A DNA stretch of 64,000 bases from an uncultured cyanobacterium (GTDB lineage: Bacteria; Cyanobacteriota; Cyanobacteriia; CAKZMO01). The position numbers and the translations under genes were made by a program. Location: positions 840,778-904,777 of the forward strand of contig CAVRCJ010000010.1 in the NCBI GenBank assembly GCA_963719515.1, given 5' to 3'. The notes beneath the pieces were generated by a model. It did not search any database. It was not told the origin of the DNA and worked only from the letters and a program-made list of their open reading frames with translations. Positions 28,954-39,760 of this stretch are shown one piece after another. Within the stretch, counting starts at the first letter, position 1. Every line of letters starts with the position of its first letter.

Positions 28954-30381
28954 GTGAGTGACTTTGACTACGATCTGATCATCATCGGCGCAGGCGTCGG
29001 CGGCCACGGCGCAGCACTACACGCCGTCGCCTGCGGCCTCAAAACCGCCATCATTGAAGCCGCAGACATGGGAGGCACCTGCGTCAACCGAGGCTGCATT
29101 CCCTCCAAAGCCCTGCTCGCCGCCTCAGGCCGCGTCCGCGAACTGCAGGACGCCCGCCACCTTCAGTCTCTGGGAGTCCACGTCGGCGACGTCAGCTTCG
29201 ATAGAAGCGCGATCGCAGGCCACGCCGCCGACATGGTTTCCAAGCTGCGGGGCGACCTCACCAACAGCCTCGTCAAGCTCAAGGTCGACACCATTCGCGG
29301 TTGGGCCACCCTAGCGGGGCCGCAAAAAGTCAGCATCACCACCGACACGGGCGAGACCACCATTACCGGGCGGGACATTATTCTTGCTCCTGGCTCCGTC
29401 CCCTTCGTCCCCCCCGGCATCGAGCTAGACGGCAAGACGGTATTCACCAGCGACGACGCCATCAAGCTCGACTGGGTGCCCGACTGGATCGCCATTGTGG
29501 GCAGCGGCTACATCGGCCTAGAGTTCTCCGATGTCTACACCGCCCTGGGCTCCGAAGTGACCATTATCGAAGCCCTCGACACCCTCATGCCCGGCTTCGA
29601 CCCCGATATTGCCAAGCAGGCCCACCGGGTGCTGATTGCCACCCGCGACGTCGAAACCCGCACTGGAGTGCTGGCCATGTCGGTGCGCCCCGGCTCTCCG
29701 GTGACCATTGAGCTAGCCGACGCTAAGACCAAAGAAATCGTAGACGTTCTAGAAGTAGACGCCTGCCTAGTGGCCACGGGCCGCGTCCCCGCCACCAAAA
29801 AGTTAGGCCTAGAGGCGGTGAGCGTGGAAACCGATCGCCGGGGCTACATTCCCGTCAGCGACCACCTAGCAGTGCTCTCTGAGGGCAGCCCGGTACCTCA
29901 CCTGTGGGCCATTGGCGACGCCACCGGCAAGATGATGCTGGCCCACGCCGCTTCGGCCCAAGGCATTGCCGTCGTCGAGACCATTTGCGGACGCGATCGC
30001 ACTGTCGACTACCGCAGCATCCCTGCCGCCGCCTTCACTCACCCCGAAATTAGCTTTGTGGGCATGACAGAGCCCGCCGCCAAAGAGTATGCCCAAGAGC
30101 AAGGGTTCGAAGTGGCCGCAGTGCGGGCCTACTTCAAGGGCAACTCCAAGGCTCTAGCGGAAAAAGAAACCGACGGGTTGGCCAAGGTGATCTACCGCAA
30201 AGACACGGGAGAAGTGCTCGGCGTCCACATCATCGGCATCCACGCCTCTGACCTGATTCAAGAGGCGGCCAACGCGATCGCCGAACGCCGCAGCGTCAAT
30301 GACCTCGCGTTCACGGTGCATACTCACCCCACGCTGTCTGAGGTGCTGGACGACGCCTACAAGCGGGCGGCAGCGGTATAG
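28954..30381 (+). CDS. lpdA: Dihydrolipoyl dehydrogenase
   Basis: [21 protein letters not shown]. Confidence 0.96.
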   Translation: MSDFDYDLIIIGAGVGGHGAALHAVACGLKTAIIEAADMGGTCVNRGCIPSKALLAASGRVRELQDARHLQSLGVHVGDVSFDRSAIAGHAADMVSKLRGDLTNSLVKLKVDTIRGWATLAGPQKVSITTDTGETTITGRDIILAPGSVPFVPPGIELDGKTVFTSDDAIKLDWVPDWIAIVGSGYIGLEFSDVYTALGSEVTIIEALDTLMPGFDPDIAKQAHRVLIATRDVETRTGVLAMSVRPGSPVTIELADAKTKEIVDVLEVDACLVATGRVPATKKLGLEAVSVETDRRGYIPVSDHLAVLSEGSPVPHLWAIGDATGKMMLAHAASAQGIAVVETICGRDRTVDYRSIPAAAFTHPEISFVGMTEPAAKEYAQEQGFEVAAVRAYFKGNSKALAEKETDGLAKVIYRKDTGEVLGVHIIGIHASDLIQEAANAIAERRSVNDLAFTVHTHPTLSEVLDDAYKRAAAV

Positions 30382-30507
30382 CCTCTGCGGTGTCAGATAC
30401 CGTGAGGCGATCGCCGGGTATCTTCTAGGCCGGTGTCTGCGATACCATAGATGGGGTGCGGTCTTCAGAGCGTCAGCGCACCCCTATCTTTTATCTGCCT
30501 ATCGCCT

Positions 30508-31398
30508 ATGTCTATTCGCCGTCGCCCTCCCAACCCTGCTGTCGACGTCCAGAGTTTGCGCTACCAGGTCAAGGTTCCCAACGCGGAGCCTCGGCATATC
30601 TTGGAAGAGATTGTGTGGCACAAAGAGAGAGAAGTGACGCAGCTGCGAGAGCGACTGCCCCTCAGCGACCTGCAGCGGCAGGTGCAGCAGGCTTCCCCCC
30701 CCAGGGACTTTTGCGCCGCCCTGCGCCAAAGCCGCTATCAGCCCGCCCTGATTGCCGAGGTCAAAAAAGCCTCTCCCAGTAAGGGCGTCATTCGCGAGAA
30801 TTTTGATCCCGTGGCGATCGCTGAGGCCTACGAGCGGGGCGGAGCCGCCTGCATCTCGGTGCTCACCGACGAAAAGTTTTTTCAGGGCAGTTTTGACTAC
30901 CTGCAGCAGGTGCACCAGGCGGTAAGCTGTCCGGTGCTCTGCAAAGAGTTCATCATCTACCCCTACCAGATGTATCAGGCCCGGGCCCAGGGTGCGGACG
31001 CGGTGCTGCTGATCGCCGCCATCTTGCCCGACAAAGACCTGCAGTACTTCATCAAGATCGCTCAGGTGCTGGGCATCACCCCGCTGATTGAGGTACATAC
31101 TCTAGGGGAGCTCGACCGCGTGCTAGCGCTGTCGGGCGTTACCCTCGTGGGAATCAACAACCGCAACCTTGAGACCTTCTCGGTGCACCTCGAAACGACG
31201 GAAGCGCTGATGATGGCTCGCCACGACGCCCTTGTGGCCCGAGACATCCTCGTTGTCAGCGAGTCCGGAATTCACGCCCCGGAGGATATCGCTCGCGTTC
31301 AGGCTAGCGGAGCAGGCGCTGTCTTAGTTGGCGAGTCTCTTGTCAAGCAGGCTAATCTTGAGCAAGGCATCCAGTCTCTATTTTCGTCCCAAGCGTAA
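30508..31398 (+). CDS. trpC: Indole-3-glycerol phosphate synthase
   Basis: [29 protein letters not shown]. Confidence 0.97.
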   Translation: MSIRRRPPNPAVDVQSLRYQVKVPNAEPRHILEEIVWHKEREVTQLRERLPLSDLQRQVQQASPPRDFCAALRQSRYQPALIAEVKKASPSKGVIRENFDPVAIAEAYERGGAACISVLTDEKFFQGSFDYLQQVHQAVSCPVLCKEFIIYPYQMYQARAQGADAVLLIAAILPDKDLQYFIKIAQVLGITPLIEVHTLGELDRVLALSGVTLVGINNRNLETFSVHLETTEALMMARHDALVARDILVVSESGIHAPEDIARVQASGAGAVLVGESLVKQANLEQGIQSLFSSQA

Positions 31399-31442
31399 CG
31401 AGTTCGCGCCTGCTTTTAACACTATTTATCACCTGGCACCAC

Positions 31443-31682
31443 ATGACTACAATTCCATTGCCGTCCCATGTGCATTACGAGTTACTCCTGCAGCTCCTAG
31501 AGCAGCAAACGCTGCCAGCCTTAAACCGGCAGTCCCCCCAGAGAGAGCAGGTTCAGGAGATCATTATCACGTTGCGCAAGGCGCTGTCGCTGCAGAAGCG
31601 CTTAGAGGAGAATTGCGAGCGCGAGCGATTGCTCACAGAGCATCGATGGCCGCTTAACGATCAGGTCGCTTCCCGACCGTAG
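31443..31682 (+). CDS. Small cyanobacterial protein (DUF5340-like)
   Basis: PLPSHVHYELLLQLLE...LRKA. Confidence 0.7.
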   Translation: MTTIPLPSHVHYELLLQLLEQQTLPALNRQSPQREQVQEIIITLRKALSLQKRLEENCERERLLTEHRWPLNDQVASRP

Positions 31683-31710
31683 GCGGCATATTTCACTGCG
31701 GCGTCACGGC

Positions 31711-33024
31711 CTACGGGGCATCTTCTAGCCACGCCTTTGCAAAGGCGATCGCCGTTTGAGGGTCCGAAATTTCACCCTCTGCGTGGGCGAGGGCCAGACG
31801 CTCCAGCAGGCGTCCGAGCTGGGGACTGGGCCTTATATCCAGCTGGGCCATGAGCTGATGGCCCGTCAGCAGTGGGTTGGGATGAGCCACGGGGTCAGCG
31901 GGGTCTATAAAGCGCCGCATCATGTCCGCCATCCGGCTGTGGTGAACCTCTAGGGCGATCGCCATTAGCGCCACGGCAGGGAACGCTGGGCCCACTCGCT
32001 TGAACAGCTCGTATTGCTGTCGACGTCCCAGAGTAGCCCAGGGCGATACGCTGTCACCGCCGTCTTTGACTAGGAGCTGACGCAGCTGCAGGAGCAACAG
32101 AACCGCCTGTACCTCAGCGCGGCTACACTTGAGCTGCCACAGCTGCATCTCGGCCCGCCCCAAGTCTGGAGTCAGGCAGGAGAGTTTAGCAACTTTGATC
32201 CAGCTTCTGCCAACGCCAGCGGCCTGGTGCTGGTCTCGAATCCAGCCGGAAGCACTCCGCCCAAACTCGGGATTGGCCGCCGCTAAGCCATAGAACGCAG
32301 CATCGACTTTGGCGACTTCCGCCAAGCTTTGAGCGGTTACATCGGGAAGCCAGGGCCGCAAGAGCCCGTCGCGCCAAGCCTCGACCAGCTGTATCGTCCC
32401 CGCCTCGGGGACATTGAGCAGGTAGCTCAGCTCGGCGTAGACCCGCTCGGGGGCGACCTGGCGAATAGAGGGGGCCAGCTTGCGAATCGACTGCTGGGTC
32501 TCAAGATCGAGATGAAATCCCAGCTGCGCCGCCTGGCGATAGGCCCGCAGCAGCCGCAGCGGGTCATCCTTGAGGTTTTGCTCATTGATCATGCACAGCC
32601 GGTGCTGCTTGAGGTCGGCGGTGCCGCCAATGGGGTCGAAAATTTGGTTGCGGTGGGGGGAGTAGGCGATCGCGTTGATGGTGAAGTCCCGTCGGCGCAG
32701 GTCTTCCTCCAACGAAGATCCCATCTGCTCTGCGAAGTCAGCCGTCGCTTCGGGAAAGACCACCCGGGCAATGCGGCGCTCGGCGTCGAGCAGCACGAAC
32801 CCCGCGTCGTAGCGGTAGGCAATCTCCCGCGCCGTGTCTACCGCATCTCGCGCCAGGACAAAGTCTAAATCGAGGTGGGGAGTCTGCCGGCCCAAGAGGC
32901 CATCCCGCACGCTGCCGCCAACCAAATAGGCCTCTTGGGGCAGATCGTCCAAGGTGAAAGGCCATGTCGAAGACAGGAGCGCAGAGGCGGTGGCCGGCGG
33001 GCTAGCGGGCGCTCCAACGGTCAT
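31711..33024 (-). CDS. tRNA nucleotidyltransferase (CCA-adding family)
   Basis: YLVGGSVRD, DLDF, RRDFTINA, DDPLRLLR. Confidence 0.93.
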   Translation of the reverse strand: MTVGAPASPPATASALLSSTWPFTLDDLPQEAYLVGGSVRDGLLGRQTPHLDLDFVLARDAVDTAREIAYRYDAGFVLLDAERRIARVVFPEATADFAEQMGSSLEEDLRRRDFTINAIAYSPHRNQIFDPIGGTADLKQHRLCMINEQNLKDDPLRLLRAYRQAAQLGFHLDLETQQSIRKLAPSIRQVAPERVYAELSYLLNVPEAGTIQLVEAWRDGLLRPWLPDVTAQSLAEVAKVDAAFYGLAAANPEFGRSASGWIRDQHQAAGVGRSWIKVAKLSCLTPDLGRAEMQLWQLKCSRAEVQAVLLLLQLRQLLVKDGGDSVSPWATLGRRQQYELFKRVGPAFPAVALMAIALEVHHSRMADMMRRFIDPADPVAHPNPLLTGHQLMAQLDIRPSPQLGRLLERLALAHAEGEISDPQTAIAFAKAWLEDAP

Positions 33025-33264
33025 GGGGGAAAGGCTGACCCGGTTGGGGCGGTTGGGACAATCTGGCTGCGGGCTAACAGGGTTCAAGCGCGAGGGACGG
33101 TTTGAATGGCCGTACTCTAAACTAGAGTTGCAGTCAGCGGACAAGTTCTCCTTCAAGCTCTGGCTTCACATAATCTGAACATCTCTACCAGCCTATCTCA
33201 TCCCTAAGCCATCTGAGCCCATCTGCAGCGATCGCCCTATCGAGGCCCATACCCGAGATTAATC

Positions 33265-34776
33265 ATGACATTTACCTCAGCCTCATCCCCTGCGTCTCCC
33301 GCGCCAGAGAAGCTTTCAGATTTTCAGGAAACCCTGGAGGGCTTGCCCAATATCTGCGGCTGGGAGTCGGAAGTCCAGGCGGTTACGCAGCGACAAGACC
33401 CGGTTTTTCTGCCTCGAACTAACCTGCAGCTAGGCGAGGTCTCTGCCGGATTCGCGATCGCCCTGCATATGCACCAGCCGACGATTCCCGCTGGAGCTGA
33501 CGGCGGGCTGATCAATCACCTGCAGTACATGTTCGAGCATGCCCAGGAAGGGGACAACCACAACGCGGGCGCGTTTGCCTACTGCTACAGCCGCATGGCA
33601 GACTTTATTCCCGATTTGGTTCAGCAGGGATACAACCCCCGGGTCATGCTGGACTACTCAGGCAACCTGCTGTGGGGCTTTCAGGACATGGGCCGCATCG
33701 ACATCCTCGATAATTTGCGGCGCATCACCTGCGACCCCGACTACCAGCCTTACGTAGAGTGGCTGGGGACAATGTGGAGCCACTCTGTGGTGTTCACCAC
33801 CCCCCTACCCGACATCAAGCTACATATCCAGGCCTGGCAGCATCACTTCGCCAGCTTGTTTGGGTGGGAGGCGCTGGGCCGCGTTAAGGGCTTTTCGCCT
33901 CCAGAGATGGGCCTGCCCAACCACCCCGATGCGCTGTACGCCTTTGTGGAAGCGCTGCTGGACTGCGGCTATCAATGGGTGCTGCTGCAGGAGCATACGG
34001 TAGAATCTCTCACCGGAGGCCCTATCGTCGCGCCCCATTTGCCCCACCGGCTGGTGGCCAAAAACTCCCGCGGCGACGAGCTCTCTATCACCGCGCTGAT
34101 CAAAACCCAGGGCTCCGACACTAAGCTGGTGGGGCAGATGCAGCCCTACTACGAAGCCAAGACTTTGGCCCAGACCGTGGGGCAGCAGTCTTTGGGCGGC
34201 GTCTCCATTCCCCCTCTGGTAACCCAGGTGAGCGACGGGGAAAACGGCGGCGTGATGATGAACGAATTTCCCGCTGCCTTCCGCAACGCCTGGTATGACA
34301 TGGGTAAAAGCCGCCAAGGCGCAGTAGGCATGACGGGCACGGAGTACCTGGAGCTGATTACCGCCGCAGGCTGCTCTCCCACAGACTATCCCCGCTGCCA
34401 GGCCGTCGGGCAGCGCCGCATTTGGGAGCGGGTGGACGCGCCCTCCCCAGAGGCGGTGAGTGAGGCGATCGCCGCCGTGAAGCAGGCCGATTCTCAGTTT
34501 TCCATGGATGGGGGATCTTGGACCAACCACATCAGCTGGACCGAGGGCTACCAAAATGTACTCTCCCCCATGAATGAGCTGAGCGCTCGCTTTCACAAGG
34601 CCATCGCCCCCCACCGGCAGGCCGACTTTACCCGCCAGCATCGCTACCGCAACGCCCTATTGCACAATCTGCTGCTGCAAACGAGCTGCTTTCGCTATTG
34701 GGGGCAGGGAGCCTGGACCGGCTACGCCGAGGAGATTTACCGGCGGGGCTGCGCCATCTTAAAGTATGATTTTTGA
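33265..34776 (+). CDS. Glycoside hydrolase family 57
   Basis: LHMHQP, SPPEM, DGENGG. Confidence 0.85.
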   Translation: MTFTSASSPASPAPEKLSDFQETLEGLPNICGWESEVQAVTQRQDPVFLPRTNLQLGEVSAGFAIALHMHQPTIPAGADGGLINHLQYMFEHAQEGDNHNAGAFAYCYSRMADFIPDLVQQGYNPRVMLDYSGNLLWGFQDMGRIDILDNLRRITCDPDYQPYVEWLGTMWSHSVVFTTPLPDIKLHIQAWQHHFASLFGWEALGRVKGFSPPEMGLPNHPDALYAFVEALLDCGYQWVLLQEHTVESLTGGPIVAPHLPHRLVAKNSRGDELSITALIKTQGSDTKLVGQMQPYYEAKTLAQTVGQQSLGGVSIPPLVTQVSDGENGGVMMNEFPAAFRNAWYDMGKSRQGAVGMTGTEYLELITAAGCSPTDYPRCQAVGQRRIWERVDAPSPEAVSEAIAAVKQADSQFSMDGGSWTNHISWTEGYQNVLSPMNELSARFHKAIAPHRQADFTRQHRYRNALLHNLLLQTSCFRYWGQGAWTGYAEEIYRRGCAILKYDF

Positions 34777-34818
34777 GCCGTTAGCGCTGTTCCAAGGTTG
34801 CCTGAGGTTGTTTATCTA

Positions 34819-35082
34819 ATGTCTACTGACCCTTCTAAAACCCCTGCTTCGCCCGAAATGCCTGAGGCCACGCCCACTCCAGAGGCGGCTGCTCCAATCG
34901 ACGCGGCTCCGCCCGACGTGTTCGCCCTGCCTGAGCAGGCCCGCCAGCTTGAGCCCGGTTTTGGCTGGAAACCCTACGCTGAGATTATGAATGGCCGCTT
35001 CGCCATGATTGGCTTTGTGGCGCTGCTGGTGGTTGAGCTGGTGACGCGCCAGGACATTTTCACCTGGCTGGGGCTGCGGTAA
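34819..35082 (+). CDS. High-light-inducible protein (HLIP)
   Basis: [13 protein letters not shown] chlorophyll-binding motif. Confidence 0.92.
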   Translation: MSTDPSKTPASPEMPEATPTPEAAAPIDAAPPDVFALPEQARQLEPGFGWKPYAEIMNGRFAMIGFVALLVVELVTRQDIFTWLGLR

Positions 35083-35144
35083 GCCCGGCGAATTTTGCAG
35101 GGGCACGGCAGTGATCTGCGTCTGATAAACGTGAATATACAACG

Positions 35145-35630
35145 TCACGTCTCTGCAGGATTTGAGCCCTCGCCTTTCAGCCAGCGATACAGTGCCTTTT
35201 GAGGGTGAGCGATCTCCTCTAGGCTGGTGTAGTAATAGTTTTTCCAGCCGTGCTGGGGCAGTCCGGCAAACAGCATTAGGTTTAGAGGATAGACTTCGCT
35301 GTCGCTACAGCGGCGAAAGTCGTCTCGAAACAGGAATATGGCCTTTTTGAGAGCGATCGCCATCCCTAGCTCCACCATCACCCCCTCATCCGGCGGCGTG
35401 CCGTTGACCACCGCAAAGATGCCGTCGCACTTCTCGACGTCCTGCCGGTCGGCCTGAGACACGTCGTAGGCCCACCCTAGCCTGGAGAGGTCAACCTGAT
35501 TATTGCGCTCGAAGGGCTCCCAGACCTCAGCCCCCATAGCCTCCAGGGCAGTGACTAGAGCGGGGAGGAGCGATCGCTGCTGCTGGGAAAATCCGTAGGG
35601 ATTAGCCAGATAAAGAATTTTGCTCATCAC
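35145..35630 (-). CDS. Nucleoside 2-deoxyribosyltransferase family
   Basis: YLANP, DEGVMVELG, NLML. Confidence 0.85.
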   Translation of the reverse strand: MMSKILYLANPYGFSQQQRSLLPALVTALEAMGAEVWEPFERNNQVDLSRLGWAYDVSQADRQDVEKCDGIFAVVNGTPPDEGVMVELGMAIALKKAIFLFRDDFRRCSDSEVYPLNLMLFAGLPQHGWKNYYYTSLEEIAHPQKALYRWLKGEGSNPAET

Positions 35631-35735
35631 CGATCGCCCATAGCGCTACCTCATCCCCGATGGGGCTCCCAGCATTCTACAGCCTCAGCCTATAGGGTTG
35701 ACGAAAATAGAGGGCTTCAAGTCTCCTAATGGGCG

Positions 35736-36257
35736 CTATTGTCTCAGTCTGCTTTTGTCAAAGCCTTCTACATCGCGCAAAGAAGAGCCGTCTTCGAGGG
35801 TCTTGATTACGCTAAAGCTGCCGTCGGTTTCTAGCACGACCGCATCGACCTGAGCCATATCGCCGATGCCTTTGTTGCGAATTGAGGCGAGCACTTCCCC
35901 TTTGGCAACCCGCTCCTGCTTGAGGGCTTTATCCAAAAACTGCCCCTCATAAAGCAGCAGCGTTGGCTTTGCCTTGATGAGGTTCTGCACGAGTGAAGAG
36001 CGGGTTGCGATCGTCGTGAGGATGAACTGATAGAGCACCAGCATGCCAAACCCTAGGCTAGCCTGCGCAAGTGACGTATCTTTTGATAAGAGCATCGCGG
36101 CTAAAATTGAGCCAAAGGCAATGGTGACGACGAAGTCAAAAGAATTCCACTTTGATAGCGTCCGCTTGCCCGAAATGCGGAGTAGAAAAATGATGACGAT
36201 GTATCCTAAGCTGCCAGCAACGAAGGTGTGTGCCAGGGACGACCAGCTGTTAAACAT
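35736..36257 (-). CDS. DUF421/YetF family membrane protein
   Basis: GKRTLSKWNSFD, VLETDGSFSV. Confidence 0.85.
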   Translation of the reverse strand: MFNSWSSLAHTFVAGSLGYIVIIFLLRISGKRTLSKWNSFDFVVTIAFGSILAAMLLSKDTSLAQASLGFGMLVLYQFILTTIATRSSLVQNLIKAKPTLLLYEGQFLDKALKQERVAKGEVLASIRNKGIGDMAQVDAVVLETDGSFSVIKTLEDGSSLRDVEGFDKSRLRQ

Positions 36258-36298
36258 TTGTGATCACCGTGCAGTGCTCTCAGCTCTCGATGCTACGA

Positions 36299-36690
36299 GT
36301 GACATCCTCCCGACGCTGACAGCAAGCTGTACAGCGCGGGCTTCCTCAGTGACTCCCAGCTATTGCCGAGACATATCCTGAGATAGGTTTATACTCCGCC
36401 TGATGCCCCACGGCAGAGTTTTGAATTTTCATCTCCGCGAGGGAGGATACGCACTATGTGTCGCAGATACATTTGCAAACTGAGGAACGGGTGACTTGCA
36501 GCTTTCGCCTACGGGCCCGTCACACTCTTTGCGGGGTGTATCACCTTGCTATCTCTATCATACCAACTGCTAGCCTCAGCGCTGAGCGCACTATCCGCTG
36601 TGCATCATTTTGCGGGCGCACTTCGGCTAGCGCGACTCTCATCCCGACGCTCACCCTGACGGGTAGAGCGCGGGGCTTCCTGTCTAGTCG
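36299..36690 (-). mobile_element. Non-autonomous IS200/IS605 derivative, 392 bp, copy B
   Basis: Matches 18110..18501 with only two substitutions seen; TTTAG flank on the minus strand. Confidence 0.9.
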
Positions 36691-36768
36691 CTAAAGCGGA
36701 CGGTCTGCTATCTGCCGGTAGGCGGGTTTGGGGCGTGCGGTCCCTTTCCCACAGCTGGGCAGGCAGCG

Positions 36769-37644
36769 CTAGACCTCTTCAGCGCTAGCGATATTTAGCC
36801 GCCGCTGCCGCTGCTGGGCAATGATGCCGTACTTGGGGGCAAACACCATCGCCAAGGCAAACAGCGCGGTCATCAGCACCACGATGCTGCCCCCCGTCGA
36901 AACGTCAAGGTGGTAGCTCATGTAGGTGCCCAGGATGCAAGAGAGCAGGCTCACCGCCACCGAGAACAGCAGCATATGGTCGAAGCGATCGCTCAGCAAA
37001 TAGGCCGTTGCCCCCGGCGTCACCAGCATGGCCACCACCAGAATAATGCCCGCCGTTTGCAGCGCCGTGACGATGGTCAGCGCTAGCACCAGCAGCAGGG
37101 TGTAGTACATAAACTGAACGTTCAAGCCAATGGCTTTGGCGTGGTTGGGGTCGAAGCAAAACAGCAGCAGGTCTCGCCGCCGCAGCAAAATAATCACTAG
37201 GGTTGCCACGCCGGCAATCAGGGTTTGAATAATATCCTGCTGAGAAATGCCCAGCACGTTGCCGAACAAAATATGAAACAGGTCGATGTTGCTCGGTATC
37301 TTGGTGGAGAGCACGATGCCAAAGGCAAAAAAGCCGGTGAACACCACCCCAATGACCGCGTCTTCCTTGAGCCGCGTTTTCGACTTCACGTAGCCAATGG
37401 CGACGGTGGCCCCAAAGCCAAACAAAAACGCTCCTAAGGCAAAGGGCAGCCCTAGGGCGTAGGCCACCACCACCCCCGGCACCACCGCATGGGACACCGC
37501 GTCACCCATCAGCGACCAGCCTTTGAGGGTGATGTAGCAGGACAGCACGGCGCACACCAGCCCCACAAAGGCGCTCACCCACAGCGCCTTGACCATAAAG
37601 CCGTACTGCAGCGGCTCAATTAACCAGCTTACGATCGCGTCCAT
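36769..37644 (-). CDS. mntB: Mn ABC transporter permease
   Basis: GDAVSHAVVPG, LFGNVLG. Confidence 0.9.
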   Translation of the reverse strand: MDAIVSWLIEPLQYGFMVKALWVSAFVGLVCAVLSCYITLKGWSLMGDAVSHAVVPGVVVAYALGLPFALGAFLFGFGATVAIGYVKSKTRLKEDAVIGVVFTGFFAFGIVLSTKIPSNIDLFHILFGNVLGISQQDIIQTLIAGVATLVIILLRRRDLLLFCFDPNHAKAIGLNVQFMYYTLLLVLALTIVTALQTAGIILVVAMLVTPGATAYLLSDRFDHMLLFSVAVSLLSCILGTYMSYHLDVSTGGSIVVLMTALFALAMVFAPKYGIIAQQRQRRLNIASAEEV

Positions 37645-37717
37645 TACTCACCGTTTGGATAGCTCTTGAGAAGTAAACCTGCTTCTCCCCCTTTGCAAGG
37701 GGGAGCTAGAGGGGGTG

Positions 37718-38482
37718 TTAAACATCGGCCCGCCGCTTGGGCAGGCTGGCGGTGGGCAGTCCCCCGAAGGTCATGACTAGGTTGTCCTCCGTCAGGGTCT
37801 CTTCGGTGGTGCCGGAAGCCAAAACGGTTTGATTGATGAGGATGACGCGATCGCAAAAGGTGGAGATGGAGGGCAGATCGTGGGTGGAAACCAAGATGGT
37901 GTGGCCCTCGTCGCGCAGCTGCATCAGCAGATCGATGATCTGCTTCTCAGTCTTAATATCGACGCCGGTAAAGGGCTCATCCAGCAGAATCACTTTGCCC
38001 TGCTGCGCCAAAGCCCGCGCCAAAAACACCCGCTTCTTTTGCCCGCCTGACAGCTCTCCAATCTGGCGGCGGCGGAAGTCACTCAGCCCTACGCGCTCCA
38101 GGCTTTCCATCACCAGCCGCTTATCTTTGGCGTTGGGGATGCGCAGCAGGTTCATGTAGCCATAGCGCCCCATCATCACCACGTCGTAGACGCTCACAGG
38201 AAAGTCCCAGTCCACCTCATCGGCCTGGGGCACGTAGGCCATTAGCTGCCGCTTTTGGGCCATTTTGGGGGAGTAGCCGCTGATATGGACGCGGCCCTGA
38301 CCGGGCGGCAGAAACCCCATGACGGATTTGAACAGCGTAGATTTACCGCCGCCGTTGGGGCCGACTAAGGCCGTGATGCTGCCCGGTTGAACGGCGCAGT
38401 TGACGTTGTAAAGCGCTAGGCGAGCGTTGCTGTAGGCGACGCTGAGGTTATCAACGGTGATGCCCAAAGATTGTGAGGTCAT
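37718..38482 (-). CDS. mntA: Mn ABC transporter ATPase
   Basis: [23 protein letters not shown]. Confidence 0.9.
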   Translation of the reverse strand: MTSQSLGITVDNLSVAYSNARLALYNVNCAVQPGSITALVGPNGGGKSTLFKSVMGFLPPGQGRVHISGYSPKMAQKRQLMAYVPQADEVDWDFPVSVYDVVMMGRYGYMNLLRIPNAKDKRLVMESLERVGLSDFRRRQIGELSGGQKKRVFLARALAQQGKVILLDEPFTGVDIKTEKQIIDLLMQLRDEGHTILVSTHDLPSISTFCDRVILINQTVLASGTTEETLTEDNLVMTFGGLPTASLPKRRADV

Positions 38483-38517
38483 GGCGGTGCGGGTAGTAGG
38501 AGCGAATGTGGGTGGTG

Positions 38518-38662
38518 GGGTCGGGGCGGGTTTGAGCGTTACGCTTCAGGGAAGGCCATTGCGCTGCTGCGAAACCCGCCCGTTCGGGGTGTTGGTGGGT
38601 CGGGGCGGGTTTGAGCGTTACGTTTCAGGAAAGGCCATTGCGCTGCTGCGAAACCCGCCCGT
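38518..38662. repeat. Tandem pair (period 79) of REP-like palindromes GGGCGGGTTT...AAACCCGCCC
   Basis: Copies 38518-38583 and 38597-38662 in the mntC-mntA spacer. Confidence 0.85.
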
Positions 38663-38674
38663 ATGGGATGGAGG

Positions 38675-39676
38675 TCAATCCTTCAAAAGGCCCTCCGTAA
38701 TCGTGCGGGCGTCGTATTCCAACAGATCTAAAAACGTCGGTACCGGCCCATCTGAAGGCGACAGAGAATCGACGTACAGATTGCCGCCAAACTCAGCGCC
38801 CGTAGCCCGCGCCACCGCCTTTTGCCCTTCGTCGCTGACGGTGCTCTCGCAAAACACAGCCGGGACGCTGTTTTGCTTTACCTGGTCAATCACCGACTGC
38901 ACCTGCTTAGGCGTCGACTGTTGCTCAGCGTTGATGGGCCAAATGTAGATTTCTTTGAGGTCGTAGTCGCGAGCCAGGTAGGAAAATGCCCCCTCACAGC
39001 TCACCAGATACCGCTGTTCAGAGGGCACCTGGGCTAGGTCGGTCTGCAACTGCTCGTCGATCGCCCGCAGTTCGTCGCTGTAGGCCTTGGCGTTGGCGGT
39101 GTAGAGGTCAGCGTTGTCGGGGTCCAGAGCCACGAAGGCCTGCCGGATATTCTCGACATACACTAGCGCATTGCGCGGCGACATCCAGGCGTGAGGGTTG
39201 GGCTTGTTTGAATAGGGACCAGCGGCGATCGCGATCGGCTCGATGCCGTCGGTGAGCACCACGGCGGGGACGTCTCCGGTATTCCCTAGAAACTGCTCAA
39301 ACCACCGCTCTAAATCCATGCCGTTGTAGAGAATCAGGTCGGCGTCCTGGGCGTTAACCAAGTCGCTAGGGGTGGGCTCATAGCCGTGAATCTCTGAACC
39401 AACGCGGGTTATAGAATCCACCATCAGCTGGTCACCGGCAACGCTGCGGGCCATATCCGCCAAAATGGTAAAACTGGTCAGCACTTTGGGCCGCTCGGCA
39501 GTACTCGCCGCGGCGTCCGTACTGGGCTCGGAAGAAGGCTCTACCGCCGTGCTGCAGCTAGCGAGCTGAACACCACTCACCACGGCTAGCGCAATACTGA
39601 ACAAACGGCCAACGGGCTGACGGAACAACTGCAAGCCTGTTCGAGAGCATACCGGCAGCATAGGGAGCGCATCCAT
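38675..39676 (-). CDS. mntC: Mn ABC transporter substrate-binding lipoprotein (start uncertain)
   Basis: Lipobox LASC, EIHGYEP, NPHAW, CEGAF, YVDSL. Confidence 0.9.
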   Translation of the reverse strand: MDALPMLPVCSRTGLQLFRQPVGRLFSIALAVVSGVQLASCSTAVEPSSEPSTDAAASTAERPKVLTSFTILADMARSVAGDQLMVDSITRVGSEIHGYEPTPSDLVNAQDADLILYNGMDLERWFEQFLGNTGDVPAVVLTDGIEPIAIAAGPYSNKPNPHAWMSPRNALVYVENIRQAFVALDPDNADLYTANAKAYSDELRAIDEQLQTDLAQVPSEQRYLVSCEGAFSYLARDYDLKEIYIWPINAEQQSTPKQVQSVIDQVKQNSVPAVFCESTVSDEGQKAVARATGAEFGGNLYVDSLSPSDGPVPTFLDLLEYDARTITEGLLKD

Positions 39677-39721
39677 TTCATAATGGTTTCACTTTCTATT
39701 ATTTCATAATGGTTTCACTTT
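39675..39721 (-). promoter_or_regulatory. 21-bp perfect direct repeat, putative ManR-type operator
   Basis: ATTTCATAATGGTTTCACTTT at 39675-39695 and 39701-39721, directly upstream of mntC. Confidence 0.65.
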
Positions 39722-39760
39722 TGCCATATCGGTAGGTCAAAAGTTCTGGGGCCGAGGATC

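Noticed and set aside
27860..34641. Long overlapping alternative-frame ORFs (e.g. 27860-28510, 30499-31098, 33820-34641)
   Set aside because: Expected shadows of real genes in GC-rich DNA.
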